A stretch of DNA of 57,348 bases, from positions 1 through 57,348 of the forward strand of contig DUAL01000305.1 in the NCBI GenBank assembly GCA_012960835.1. The letters run 5' to 3'. How positions within the stretch are numbered: position 1 is the first letter of the stretch; every line of letters starts with the position of its first letter. The notes beneath the pieces were generated by a model that had not been told where the DNA came from, did not search any database, and was given only the letters and a program-made list of their open reading frames with translations. Positions 10,288 through 19,900 of this stretch are shown in pieces. This stretch comes from Flavobacteriales bacterium. GTDB lineage: Bacteria > Bacteroidota > Bacteroidia > Flavobacteriales > BACL11. The translations under genes and the position numbers were made by a program.

Positions 10288-11594
10288 TCTGCATTTACTT
10301 TTTCTCCTGATGAAATTTCTAAAATTGTTTTTACTTTTATAAGGCATTCGTCATATTCTTCCTCCGCTACCGACCTACTAGTAATTGCACCTCCTGCCAT
10401 CACCGAAAAATATTTTTTTGTAGCATTATAAAGAATACTCCTTATTACCACATTAAAATCAAAATCGGCATTTGGGTTAATATAGCCAACACTTCCTGAA
10501 AACAGCCCTCTTTTTGTGCATTCAAATTTTTCTATTAATTCCATGGCTTTTCTTTTTGGAGCACCTGTCATTGAGCCCATAGGAAAAGCCCCTTTTATGG
10601 CATCTATAAAATGATAATTGGACTCTAATTCTGCACTTATTGTACTTATCATTTGATGTACTTGTTCAAAGGAATAAACTCCAAAAAGTTCCTCTACTTT
10701 AACACTTGCTTGTCGGGCGTATTTTGACAAATCATTCCTTACCAAATCAGTAATCATCACATTTTCTGATTTGTCTTTTTCGCTTAAAGATAATTCTTTT
10801 TTTAACTGAGAATCCTCTTCTTTATTTTTACTTCTTTTTCTTGTTCCTTTTATGGGTTGAGATAGAATTTGCTGATTTTCCTTTCTCAAAAATCTTTCCG
10901 GACTAAAGCAGATAAGGTATTTATCATCCAAATGTAAAAAAGACGAAAATGGTGCTTTTGTTTTTTTATTTAATCTAAAAAATAAAGCCTCCGCATTTAG
11001 CTCTGTATTTTCAGAAAAAAATTCCTGACAATAACTCATTTCATAAATATCTCCCCTTTTAATATGTGTTTTAATTTTCTTTATTTTCTTTAAATATTCT
11101 TCTTTAGTCTCTCTTTTTTTCATTTTCAAGTTTCCATAAAATAACTCATCACATATTTGATTTTTTATTTCATCTATAATAATATCCGTTTCTTTTTTGT
11201 TGGAAAAGGTGTCTACATATAATACTTTTTTTTTCATGCTGAAAACTATTTCAGGAATGAAAAAAAACAGATTAGGAAAATATAAATTATCCATATTTTC
11301 AGATGTTAATGTATCCGTTTCATTTTTTAAATCATAAGAAAAATAACCGAACATCCAGTCTTTATATCTATTGTGAAATACTTTAAGATTCTCAAAAGAA
11401 TCCTTATTAGAACAGCAAATTTTATGCGCCCCCACTGCAAATAAAAATTCGTATTGAGAATACGCTATCGGCATTTTTTGAATTTGCGGATTTGAATCTA
11501 AAAAACAAGAATACTTAAAATTTTTAGCCCAAAAAACCAGCTTTTCAGCAAATTCTTTTTTATCTTTTATGGTATATAAAAATCTATTTCTCAC
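10284..11594 (-). CDS. pabB: Aminodeoxychorismate synthase component I (chorismate-binding enzyme)
   Basis: C-terminal chorismate-binding motifs, including PMGSMTGAPKRKAMELIE, and size typical of the Bacteroidota PabB class. The start codon is GTG at 11594. Confidence 0.75.
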   Translation of the reverse strand: MRNRFLYTIKDKKEFAEKLVFWAKNFKYSCFLDSNPQIQKMPIAYSQYEFLFAVGAHKICCSNKDSFENLKVFHNRYKDWMFGYFSYDLKNETDTLTSENMDNLYFPNLFFFIPEIVFSMKKKVLYVDTFSNKKETDIIIDEIKNQICDELFYGNLKMKKRETKEEYLKKIKKIKTHIKRGDIYEMSYCQEFFSENTELNAEALFFRLNKKTKAPFSSFLHLDDKYLICFSPERFLRKENQQILSQPIKGTRKRSKNKEEDSQLKKELSLSEKDKSENVMITDLVRNDLSKYARQASVKVEELFGVYSFEQVHQMISTISAELESNYHFIDAIKGAFPMGSMTGAPKRKAMELIEKFECTKRGLFSGSVGYINPNADFDFNVVIRSILYNATKKYFSVMAGGAITSRSVAEEEYDECLIKVKTILEISSGEKVNAE

Positions 11595-11598
11595 AACA

Positions 11599-11606
11599 CA
11601 AAAGTA
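11599..11606 (-). promoter_or_regulatory. -7 promoter box TACTTTTG upstream of pabB
   Basis: Perfect TAnnTTTG on the minus strand, ending 4 nt before the GTG start at 11594. Confidence 0.45.
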
Positions 11607-11712
11607 AAGGTTTTTAGGGATTTATATTGGAAAATTTGGTTCATTAAAAAAAGTAAAAAACTTATTTGAAAAATATTTATACCTTAGCAGCCTAATCGAA
11701 AAATAAAAAATC

Positions 11713-11964
11713 ATGGGAAATTTAGAAACACCTATCACATGGGTTTTAGGAATTGCTTTTATTGCATATGTTGGATTGGGCAATTGCTGCACTGATAGCG
11801 GCAACCAAGCAGCTTATGGCGGAACAGAAGTAGGTATTAACGCTCCTGCTTTGGAGGTTGAACAGCCAGAAATAGTTGAAGAAGTTACCATAGAGGTTAC
11901 GATTGAAGATGGTGATACAACTGTTGTTGTAGACACTGAACTTATTACAGAGGAGGAAGAATAA
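11713..11964 (+). CDS. Hypothetical small membrane-anchored protein with acidic tail
   Basis: 83-aa ORF with one hydrophobic helix (ITWVLGIAFIAYVGLG), a CC pair, and then an E/V/T-rich acidic region (EVTIEVTIE ... EEEE). It is the only plus-strand ORF in its gap and is followed by a weak hairpin plus T-run. Confidence 0.45.
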   Translation: MGNLETPITWVLGIAFIAYVGLGNCCTDSGNQAAYGGTEVGINAPALEVEQPEIVEEVTIEVTIEDGDTTVVVDTELITEEEE

Positions 11965-11983
11965 TTATTTTATTCTTTTTTTT
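11957..11983 (+). terminator. Weak AT-rich hairpin + T-run after the small acidic ORF
   Basis: AAGAATAA-TTATT-TTATTCTT (8 bp, only one G:C pair) followed by T6. It overlaps the stop codons of both convergent genes. Confidence 0.3.
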
Positions 11984-13533
11984 ACAAGGGCTATTAAAAA
12001 AAACAAGGACAATATAAAAGCAGATATTCTTCCTATAAAATCGCCATAAATGCTATAAAAAGTTTTTGTTTTTATGATGGGGATAGTTGCTTTTATTATC
12101 TGTTTGCTTCCCCATTTGCTTTGTTTTTCAATGGCTCCTAATAATGTAATGATTGACGAAATGCCCGTATTAGCCGAACGAATGATAGCCTTTTTTTGTT
12201 CAATAGCCCTAAGCCGAGCATAAGATGAGTGTTGCTTATAGCCCGCAGAATTTTTCCACCAGCCATCATTTGTAATTATACACAATACATCTGTTTCCCT
12301 TGCGGTAATTAAATCCCCATAAATAGATTCGTAGCAAATAAGCGGTAGTACTTTTACTCCATCAACATTAAAATTATTAATTTCATTTTTATTGCCAAGT
12401 GAGCCACTTATCCCTCCTAGATCAACTGCCAAAGCAACAAATTTATCTAACACATTTGGGTATGGCATTTTTTCCACTCCTGGCACTAATTTTGTTTTAT
12501 GATATACTTGTACTTCCCCGCTTACTGGTATAAAAATAGCAGAATTATACGCATCATAAAAAGTGTTTTCATTTCTGATTTCACGAGCAGTTGCTGTTTT
12601 TTCTTCTCCATGAACAAACATTTTGTAAGTGGAAGCGCCCACTAAAATATTTAAGTTAGGGAATTCTTTTTGTAATTCTCTAAACTTCCTTATACTATAA
12701 GTTGCCTCTATTCTGTTTTCCCAAACTCCTTCCAAAAGTGCTGTTTCAGGCCCTACTAATAATTGTATTTCCTCTGTAAGCTTAGTTTTAGCAAGTGTTA
12801 TAAAATCCTCTAATTGCTCCTTAAAACCTACATTAAATTTATCCGTATAAGGATCAATATTTGGCTGAACAATCAGCACTTCTAATCTTGTGCTTTCCTT
12901 CATGTTCACTTTTAAAGAAAGATAATGTGAAAGGAGCATTGGCCCAATTAAAAGCATAGTAACTTTTAAAAGAGCTTTACCTTTATGCTTTGTTTGCAAA
13001 AACTTAAAAATGAAAAAATTTGTCAGTAATATCCAAAGCGAACCTCCTAAAACTCCCGTAAACTCATACCATTGAACTATGGAGGGAATATTTGCAAAGC
13101 CATTCCCTAATGTGAGCCAAGGCCATGATAAATCCCAATTTAAATGAAAATATTCCATACTTACCCAAGCAACTAACAAAACCCAAATACCTCTACCGAT
13201 AGTATTTTTAATAAAGTAATAAAGCCAAAAAGCGGTAGCCATTAATAATGCATTTACTAAAAATGCAGCAATTGCACCAAATACTGTAGCATGATAAATC
13301 CAGTAAGTAGTAAAGAGATTAAATAAAAAAAAGCTTAAAAAGGAAAAAGCGAAAACTTGTAGCCCTTTTCGCTTTTCATTTGAACGAGAGGTTTTATCTT
13401 CTAGAATAAATAAAGGTACAAAACCAACGAACAATAAAGGGAACATGCCGATAGCTGGCCAAGAAAAAGCCAACAATAAACCGCTTAATACCGCTAAAAA
13501 TAATTTTCTCATATCTTTTACAAATATTATCAT
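11965..13533 (-). CDS. lnt: Apolipoprotein N-acyltransferase
   Basis: N-terminal polytopic membrane domain plus a C-terminal CN-hydrolase domain with catalytic-Cys context LICYESIYGD. An alternative start is at 13512 (MRKLFLAV...). Confidence 0.85.
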   Translation of the reverse strand: MIIFVKDMRKLFLAVLSGLLLAFSWPAIGMFPLLFVGFVPLFILEDKTSRSNEKRKGLQVFAFSFLSFFLFNLFTTYWIYHATVFGAIAAFLVNALLMATAFWLYYFIKNTIGRGIWVLLVAWVSMEYFHLNWDLSWPWLTLGNGFANIPSIVQWYEFTGVLGGSLWILLTNFFIFKFLQTKHKGKALLKVTMLLIGPMLLSHYLSLKVNMKESTRLEVLIVQPNIDPYTDKFNVGFKEQLEDFITLAKTKLTEEIQLLVGPETALLEGVWENRIEATYSIRKFRELQKEFPNLNILVGASTYKMFVHGEEKTATAREIRNENTFYDAYNSAIFIPVSGEVQVYHKTKLVPGVEKMPYPNVLDKFVALAVDLGGISGSLGNKNEINNFNVDGVKVLPLICYESIYGDLITARETDVLCIITNDGWWKNSAGYKQHSSYARLRAIEQKKAIIRSANTGISSIITLLGAIEKQSKWGSKQIIKATIPIIKTKTFYSIYGDFIGRISAFILSLFFLIALVKKRIK

Positions 13534-13540
13534 ATTTTTG
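13533..13540 (+). promoter_or_regulatory. -7 promoter box TATTTTTG upstream of pssA
   Basis: Perfect TAnnTTTG, ending 5 nt before the ATG at 13546. Confidence 0.45.
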
Positions 13541-13545
13541 CTGAT

Positions 13546-14262
13546 ATGAATGCAATCAAAAGAAATATCCCAAATATAATTACGCTTGCTAACTTGACTT
13601 GTGGCTTGTTTGCAATATTTTTTGCTTTTGAAGGGAACTTAGTTTTGTCTGCCACTTTCATTTTTTATGGTGCTTTTTTTGATTTTTTTGATGGTCTGTT
13701 AGCGCGTATTCTGAAAGTTGGAAGCGAATTTGGAAAACAACTAGATAGCTTGGCGGATATGGTTACTTTTGGTGTAGCACCTGGGATGATTTTGTTCCAA
13801 CTAATTTATAATAGTATTGTCAACTCCTTTTCTCAATCTGATATAACCCAACCAAATTTTTTTCCATCAATTATTGCTTTTTTAATCCCCATTTTTTCAG
13901 CTATTCGTTTGGCAAAATTTAATACTGACACAAGGCAAACCACTGCATTTATTGGATTACCAACACCTGCTGCTGCAGTTTTCATTGCATCACTACCAAT
14001 GATACGGGAAAGTTACTCATTATCTTTTAGTAGTGAATTATTAATAGGTGCGACCATAGTTTTATCTCTACTTTTAGTAGCAAAAATTCCCTTATTTTCC
14101 TTTAAATTCAGCAAGGCAGAAAGCATCACTTCTCGTTTAAATATTATCAGAATTATATTAATTATAGTTGCCTTGATATTATTATTCATTTTTCAGTTTG
14201 CTGCTATCCCATTTATTGTAATTTTGTATCTGATTTTATCAATCCTAAATAATATACTATAA
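13546..14262 (+). CDS. pssA: CDP-diacylglycerol--serine O-phosphatidyltransferase
   Basis: CDP-alcohol phosphatidyltransferase signature DFFDGLLARILKVGSEFGKQLDSLAD in a polytopic membrane protein. Confidence 0.85.
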   Translation: MNAIKRNIPNIITLANLTCGLFAIFFAFEGNLVLSATFIFYGAFFDFFDGLLARILKVGSEFGKQLDSLADMVTFGVAPGMILFQLIYNSIVNSFSQSDITQPNFFPSIIAFLIPIFSAIRLAKFNTDTRQTTAFIGLPTPAAAVFIASLPMIRESYSLSFSSELLIGATIVLSLLLVAKIPLFSFKFSKAESITSRLNIIRIILIIVALILLFIFQFAAIPFIVILYLILSILNNIL

Positions 14263-14264
14263 TT

Positions 14265-14516
14265 ATGAAATTCAGAGCTGAAATAGATATAATGCCACTT
14301 AAATCGTTATTAGATCCACAAGGAAAAGCCGTAAGTGCAAGTATGGGAAATGTTGGTTTATCAGAAATTGGAAATGTAAGAATTGGGAAACACATTACAT
14401 TAGAAATTGAAGCAGATAGCAAAAAAGTTGCAGCTTCAAAAGTAGATGAGGCTTGCAAAAAAATGCTTTGCAATCAAATTATGGAATCGTTTGAATTCAC
14501 GGTTTCTAAAGCGTAA
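14265..14516 (+). CDS. purS: Phosphoribosylformylglycinamidine synthase subunit PurS
   Basis: 83 aa. LLDPQGKAV......G......VRIGKHI.LEIEA matches the PurS pattern. Confidence 0.8.
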   Translation: MKFRAEIDIMPLKSLLDPQGKAVSASMGNVGLSEIGNVRIGKHITLEIEADSKKVAASKVDEACKKMLCNQIMESFEFTVSKA

Positions 14517-15956
14517 TTACTCTTTAACTGTTACTCTCACAATTTCAATTTTTCTGGCCATTGCTGCCTCTACACTATAAACCGACAGCTTTTTATTTCT
14601 AGGATTATCACTAACATTTTTATTAGAAACCGACTCGCCAAAAGGTAATTCTATAATAACTAATTGCTCATTTTTTAAGTATTGGGTAATACTTCCGTTT
14701 TGGAATTCATGCATGTAATTAAGCAGGGAAACAATTCTTCTTTTGGATAAATTGATATTGTAATCCCTTGCAAAAAGCGGACTCGCATACCCTTTTATTT
14801 GCAATTCTATTTTTTGACCACTAGCTAATGCTTTCTTAATTTTACGCAAAACTTCATCTAATTTATTGAAATTTTCTTGCAATTTATTTGTGAAAAAATC
14901 TTCTATTGATGATACCGAACTGCTATTTTTCACATACTCTTTCTTTAATAAAAAATAAGAAATATAGGATTGAATGTAATTAAGTTTTGTTGTGGTTTTC
15001 ATGGTACAACAATCTGGCTCATCATTATGAAAATACAAGCTAAGTGGTAAATAATTGTTTATCTTTTCAATTACATTTGAGGTATCTTTTTCTTGCTTTT
15101 TTATTTCAAACGAGAAAATATCATTGCAACAATTTTCTTTATCTAAATAAAGTGCAGGAGAACGATTAGAGGAAAAATGTCCTTTATTTTCCGTGAAGAA
15201 GTTTAAATACATTTCATCAAAAGGGGTGTTAAAGGGCTCGTCTAATAAAATAAGGTTTTCCCATAAAGTTAAATTGCCTTTTGCCTTGTATATATCAAAA
15301 CCACCAAAGCCATTTTTTCTATCAGAACTAAAAAATAATTGTGCTATTTTTCGATTATAAAAGGGCGTAATCTCATTGGCTTTGCCGTTTATTTTATTAC
15401 CCAAATTTATAGGATTTCCAAAGTTTCCTTGTTTATCAATAGCAGAAATCCAAATATCCAACCCACCAAAACCTCCTTCTCTGTCCGAAACAAAATACAA
15501 ATATTTTTTGTTATCAATTATTGCAATGGTTGGTTGAGTGGAAGTGCTACCTATTTTGTTAATTCTCTCATCTAATTTCTTTGGTTTTGTCCATTTATGA
15601 TTTTTAAATTTTGAAATATAAATTGCACAATTTTCTCCTTTGCAAAAAGTGAAATAAGCCATTTTATCTTTTGTTATAAAAAGATTTCCACTTTGCATAT
15701 AGTCGGAATTCAGAGCAGAAAAATAACTCCCTCTGCTCCACTGATCTAATTGAAAATTGCTAGAATAAATAGAGGAAACATAATTGTTGTTATCCTCTCG
15801 GATTGCCGTAAAAAACGTATGATTTTTTTCATCTTGAAAAAAATTAAGTTCTGCTCCAATAGAGTTTATAGCAGTGGATAAATGCTTTATCTCAATGCTT
15901 TCTTGTGCAAAAATTACGCTAGAAAAAAATACTAATATGACTTTAACAAATCTCAT
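14517..15956 (-). CDS. OmpA-family peptidoglycan-binding protein with PD40/TolB-like beta-propeller repeats (PorE-like)
   Basis: Signal peptide, repeated FFSSDR/FVSDREGGFGGLDIW (PD40-like) units, and a C-terminal OmpA_C-like IKGYASPLFARDYNINLSKRRIVSL. The start forms an ATGA overlap with the porP-like stop. Confidence 0.75.
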   Translation of the reverse strand: MRFVKVILVFFSSVIFAQESIEIKHLSTAINSIGAELNFFQDEKNHTFFTAIREDNNNYVSSIYSSNFQLDQWSRGSYFSALNSDYMQSGNLFITKDKMAYFTFCKGENCAIYISKFKNHKWTKPKKLDERINKIGSTSTQPTIAIIDNKKYLYFVSDREGGFGGLDIWISAIDKQGNFGNPINLGNKINGKANEITPFYNRKIAQLFFSSDRKNGFGGFDIYKAKGNLTLWENLILLDEPFNTPFDEMYLNFFTENKGHFSSNRSPALYLDKENCCNDIFSFEIKKQEKDTSNVIEKINNYLPLSLYFHNDEPDCCTMKTTTKLNYIQSYISYFLLKKEYVKNSSSVSSIEDFFTNKLQENFNKLDEVLRKIKKALASGQKIELQIKGYASPLFARDYNINLSKRRIVSLLNYMHEFQNGSITQYLKNEQLVIIELPFGESVSNKNVSDNPRNKKLSVYSVEAAMARKIEIVRVTVKE

Positions 15957-16903
15957 AAATATCTAGGACAATATTTTTTTATTTCTCCTTTTTGCATTCT
16001 TTTTTTCTTATTCCAAATATAAATAATGACGAACTCAAAACCTCCTTTGTTATTACTAGCAGCCACCAAATCGGAAGTGTTAATATCATAACTAACCACC
16101 ACCCTAATGCTATTGTAATTTAGCCCAAAAGCTGGAATAATGGCATCATCCCATCTATAAAATATTTGAGAAATAAGTTCCATATTAAGGGGAGCAATTT
16201 CATGTCTTATTGCAGTTCCAAAAAGAAGTTCGCTACTTTTCCCTTGCCTACTATAAAGCAAAGCAGGATTGAAAATAATTGTATTATTTATGCGATAAAA
16301 GGATTGAAAATAACTATTGTATTTTTCCTCTAATTGCAGATTTTCATCATGTAGCAAAGTTTGTTTTGGCCTGTTGATATGATAGGCAGAAAGCCCTGTT
16401 ATAAAAGAAAAATTATCACTTACAATCATGCTATAATTTGCGCCAATTCCTACATCAAAATAGGAGAAAGAGGGGTTTTGTAAATTTTCATTTTCCTCAA
16501 AAATAAGATTAGAAAAATCTACTTTTCTTTGCGTGAAACCAAGCAATATCCCAGCTGCAATTTCCTTATCCCTAGCTATAGAAAAGGATTTATTTATTGC
16601 TGCATTAAACTCAGATGTAGTGAAATCAGCATCACCAGCTACATCATTTACGAATTGCAATCCGACAGAGGTTTTTTTCAAAATATCTTTTACCTCAAAA
16701 TTAGCTGCAATTGTACTAAAGGGAGCGGCAACACTTTGCCATTGTGTTCTTTTATGAAAAGATGCTTTAAAGTCGGCCGATTGATTACCAACAATCGCAG
16801 GGTTTAAACCCATGGAAGAAACTGAAAATTGGGAGAAATGAACATCTTGAGCTTTCAAGTTAAAAGCAAATACAAGGCAAAATATGAGTAGAAAAATCCT
16901 CAT
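15953..16903 (-). CDS. Type IX secretion system membrane protein, PorP/SprF family
   Basis: Signal peptide followed by the hallmark DVHFSQFSVSSMGLNPA. The ~315-aa beta-barrel size fits the family. An ATGA overlap joins it to the upstream cargo gene. Confidence 0.85.
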   Translation of the reverse strand: MRIFLLIFCLVFAFNLKAQDVHFSQFSVSSMGLNPAIVGNQSADFKASFHKRTQWQSVAAPFSTIAANFEVKDILKKTSVGLQFVNDVAGDADFTTSEFNAAINKSFSIARDKEIAAGILLGFTQRKVDFSNLIFEENENLQNPSFSYFDVGIGANYSMIVSDNFSFITGLSAYHINRPKQTLLHDENLQLEEKYNSYFQSFYRINNTIIFNPALLYSRQGKSSELLFGTAIRHEIAPLNMELISQIFYRWDDAIIPAFGLNYNSIRVVVSYDINTSDLVAASNNKGGFEFVIIYIWNKKKRMQKGEIKKYCPRYL

Positions 16904-19900
16904 CTTATCAATGTAATATTTCCTTTTTTGAATAATTTTTTACCGCCATAACATTCCAATTCTAAATAAAAATCAAACACTTGAGGTGCCAATAATTCAT
17001 TTTGGTAAGTACCATCCCAATACCCCAACTTGTCGGTTGAAGAATATACTTTTTGTCCGAACCGATTAAAAATTTCAATCTTAAAAGAGGTAATGATTCC
17101 ATCATTATCTAATATTCGATAAGTATTGTTTGGCTGCTGATTATTAGGAGTAAAAGCAGTAGGAATTTTAATCTTGTCTTCATCACAAAAAACATCTAAA
17201 ACTGGTATAAAAATACTATCGTAAATAGTGCAGCCAAAATCGTTATACACTTGCACAAAAAACAAAGAATCTGAAGTTGGAGTAACTACAATTTGCTTTG
17301 TGGTATCGCCTGTTTCCCATAATACTTTATCGATAGTTTGAATATTTAAAGCTGTACTTTCTCCTTTATAAATTGGTTTTTTACTTGCCCAAATGCTGTC
17401 GCTTATTGGATCCTCATTTGCTTGAATAAAAACAGAATCCCTTAACTCACAACCATCCTGATTTTGAACCTCTACGAAAATCCAAATTGACGAATCAACA
17501 GCAATCCAAACGGAAGAAGAATCGGCACTAAAAGTTAAATTATTGCTTAGACTCCACTGGTATTTTATTAGTGGAATTATAGAAATGAGGTTATTCACTT
17601 TTATAAAAGCAGAGTCGCCTTTACAAATCTCAAAAATACCGCTTAATGAAATATCAATATTTTCAGTTTTTAACTCTACACTATCTATTGCCTGACAAAT
17701 TCCATCCGTTACCATTACATAATATTGCATGGAGTTGCTGACTAATAAAAAACTATCCAAACTTAATGTATCAGAAAAATAATTATTGCTCGACCACAAA
17801 AAAGAAGTTACCAATCCATTAGAATTTGCTTGTAATAAAATAGGATTATTACAAAAAGAAGTATCGTTTCCAGCCTCTACACTTATCGTGTTTACTTCAA
17901 CTAACTGAAAAACAGTATCGGTACAACTGCCATTTGAAATAAGTAATTGATAATTTATTGTAGAATCGGTAATTACAAAAGGATTGGAAACCGTAATACT
18001 ACTGAGCCCATAAGATGGAAACCAAAAATAGCTTATAGTAGGGTCATTTACAGGTAATAAGCCAATTTGGATTTGCTCATTTTTACAAATTTCCACTTTC
18101 TGAATTGTGTTGGAAGAATTGGAGAGAATATAAATCTGCTTTGTTACAGTATCGCTTACATTACATGAAGTTGGATCGTTTGTAATGAGTGTAACATCAT
18201 ATATTCCATATTGGCTATACGTATGAATAGGGTTTTCTTGTGTGGAATTATTTCCATCTCCAAAAAACCACTGATAAGTTGTACTCCCAGCCCCAGTGCT
18301 TAAATTTTGAAATACAATGGTGGTATCACAGCCAACCCATGGAGCGGAAAAATCGGCTATCGTCATGGGGAAATCAAAATTGAATTTAAAAACAGCACTG
18401 TTACATTGTGATCCTGCTGCACTATTATTTGTACTAGAAACTGCCCCAGGATTTGGTGCAATAGGAAAATCGGAATAACCGCCACAACCTGCACAAACAC
18501 ATTGGTAAACAATTCCTTTTTTATCAAAACGGCTTGTTCCGCCATCTACATGTTCTGTGGCTTGATTACCTCCAAAATAAGTGGCGTAAATCAAATTACT
18601 CATATTATCATCCAGCACCATAAAGTAAAAATCGTTTCCATCTGTTGCACTTTGGAAAGCATTTGGAGTAATTGGCAAGTTAAAAGTGGTGCCAGCATTA
18701 CCAAGACCTATACTTGAACCCCAACCTGAAATATAAATTTTATTGCAAACATCAACCAAAAAGGCAGTGGGAGAAATATTTGGCTTTCCGGTATTTGCCC
18801 CAACAACCGTAGACTGTAAAAGAACATCTAAATTTTTGGAAAGCTTGCTGATAAATTCTCCACCACCCGGAACATTATAGTTTGCTTGATAAATAAGTGT
18901 ATTTCCTGTTGCTTTGGTTTGACCAAATAGATACACATTTTGCGCTCCATCCAACTCTACAAAATACGCTTGGTCGTATTGGTCAGATCCAAAATAAGTG
19001 GAAGAAAAAATTTGCGAACCATCCTTTGAAATATAAGAAACAAAAGCATCCGCACGCAAAGAATCTAAATAATTAGGATGGAGCCCATTTGTGCTTGTTG
19101 GAAAATTATCAGAAGTTGTTCCTCCTGTTACATAAATATTATCGCTATCATCAAGTGCTAATGAATAAATAGCGTCCACTCCTCTTCCCCCCAAAAATGA
19201 ACTCCAAATAATATTGCTAAGCTGATTGTCCATCTTTATTACAACCCCCTCTTGCAAACTGTCAAGAATCGGCTGAAAAACTCCCCCAACAATTGGAAAA
19301 TCGGCAGAACGCGTGCAAGTTGCCAAATAAATATTATTGTTTTTATCAATGTCTATTTCTCCACGAATTTCATCCGCATAATTAAATTTTAGTTTGTTAG
19401 CAATATTCAATCCGTCATTTTCACTTCCTCCAACAAAAGTAGATGCCAGAAGATTTCCGCCATTGGTGCTAAGACGTGAAATTATTAAATCGCAACCTGC
19501 AGGATAAGAAATGCCAATTCCAGAGGGGACAAATGAAGGACCTCCATTAAAATTAGTTTGATAAGCATTGGTAGTTATAGGATAATCAGCTGAGCCAGAT
19601 GTCCCAAAAAGGAAAAGTTCATTTGCCGAATTGACAATCATAGAGTGAGGTAACTCGTCCTTTGAACCACCCAAATAGGTAGCAAAAATTGCAACCGTTC
19701 CACTTGTATCGTATTTTGTGATAGCTATGTCAGTACCTGCACTTCCTGTTCCTCCTGCAAAATTGATTTGATAGGCCCCTAATGTTGTGGGGTAGCCCAC
19801 TCCAAAAGCTGTGCTACCAGAATACAAAAAACCAAAATCATCATAAGTTGCTGTATAGCCAAAATTATTTGCCGTACTTCCAGAATAAGTAGAGAAAATT

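Noticed and set aside
10288-10347. Longer tilS start (MPYKSKNNF...) inside the pabB 3' end
   Set aside because: The ATG at 10287 gives a clean ATGA stop/start overlap with pabB and a normal distance to the PP-loop. The extension is basic junk that overlaps pabB coding sequence.
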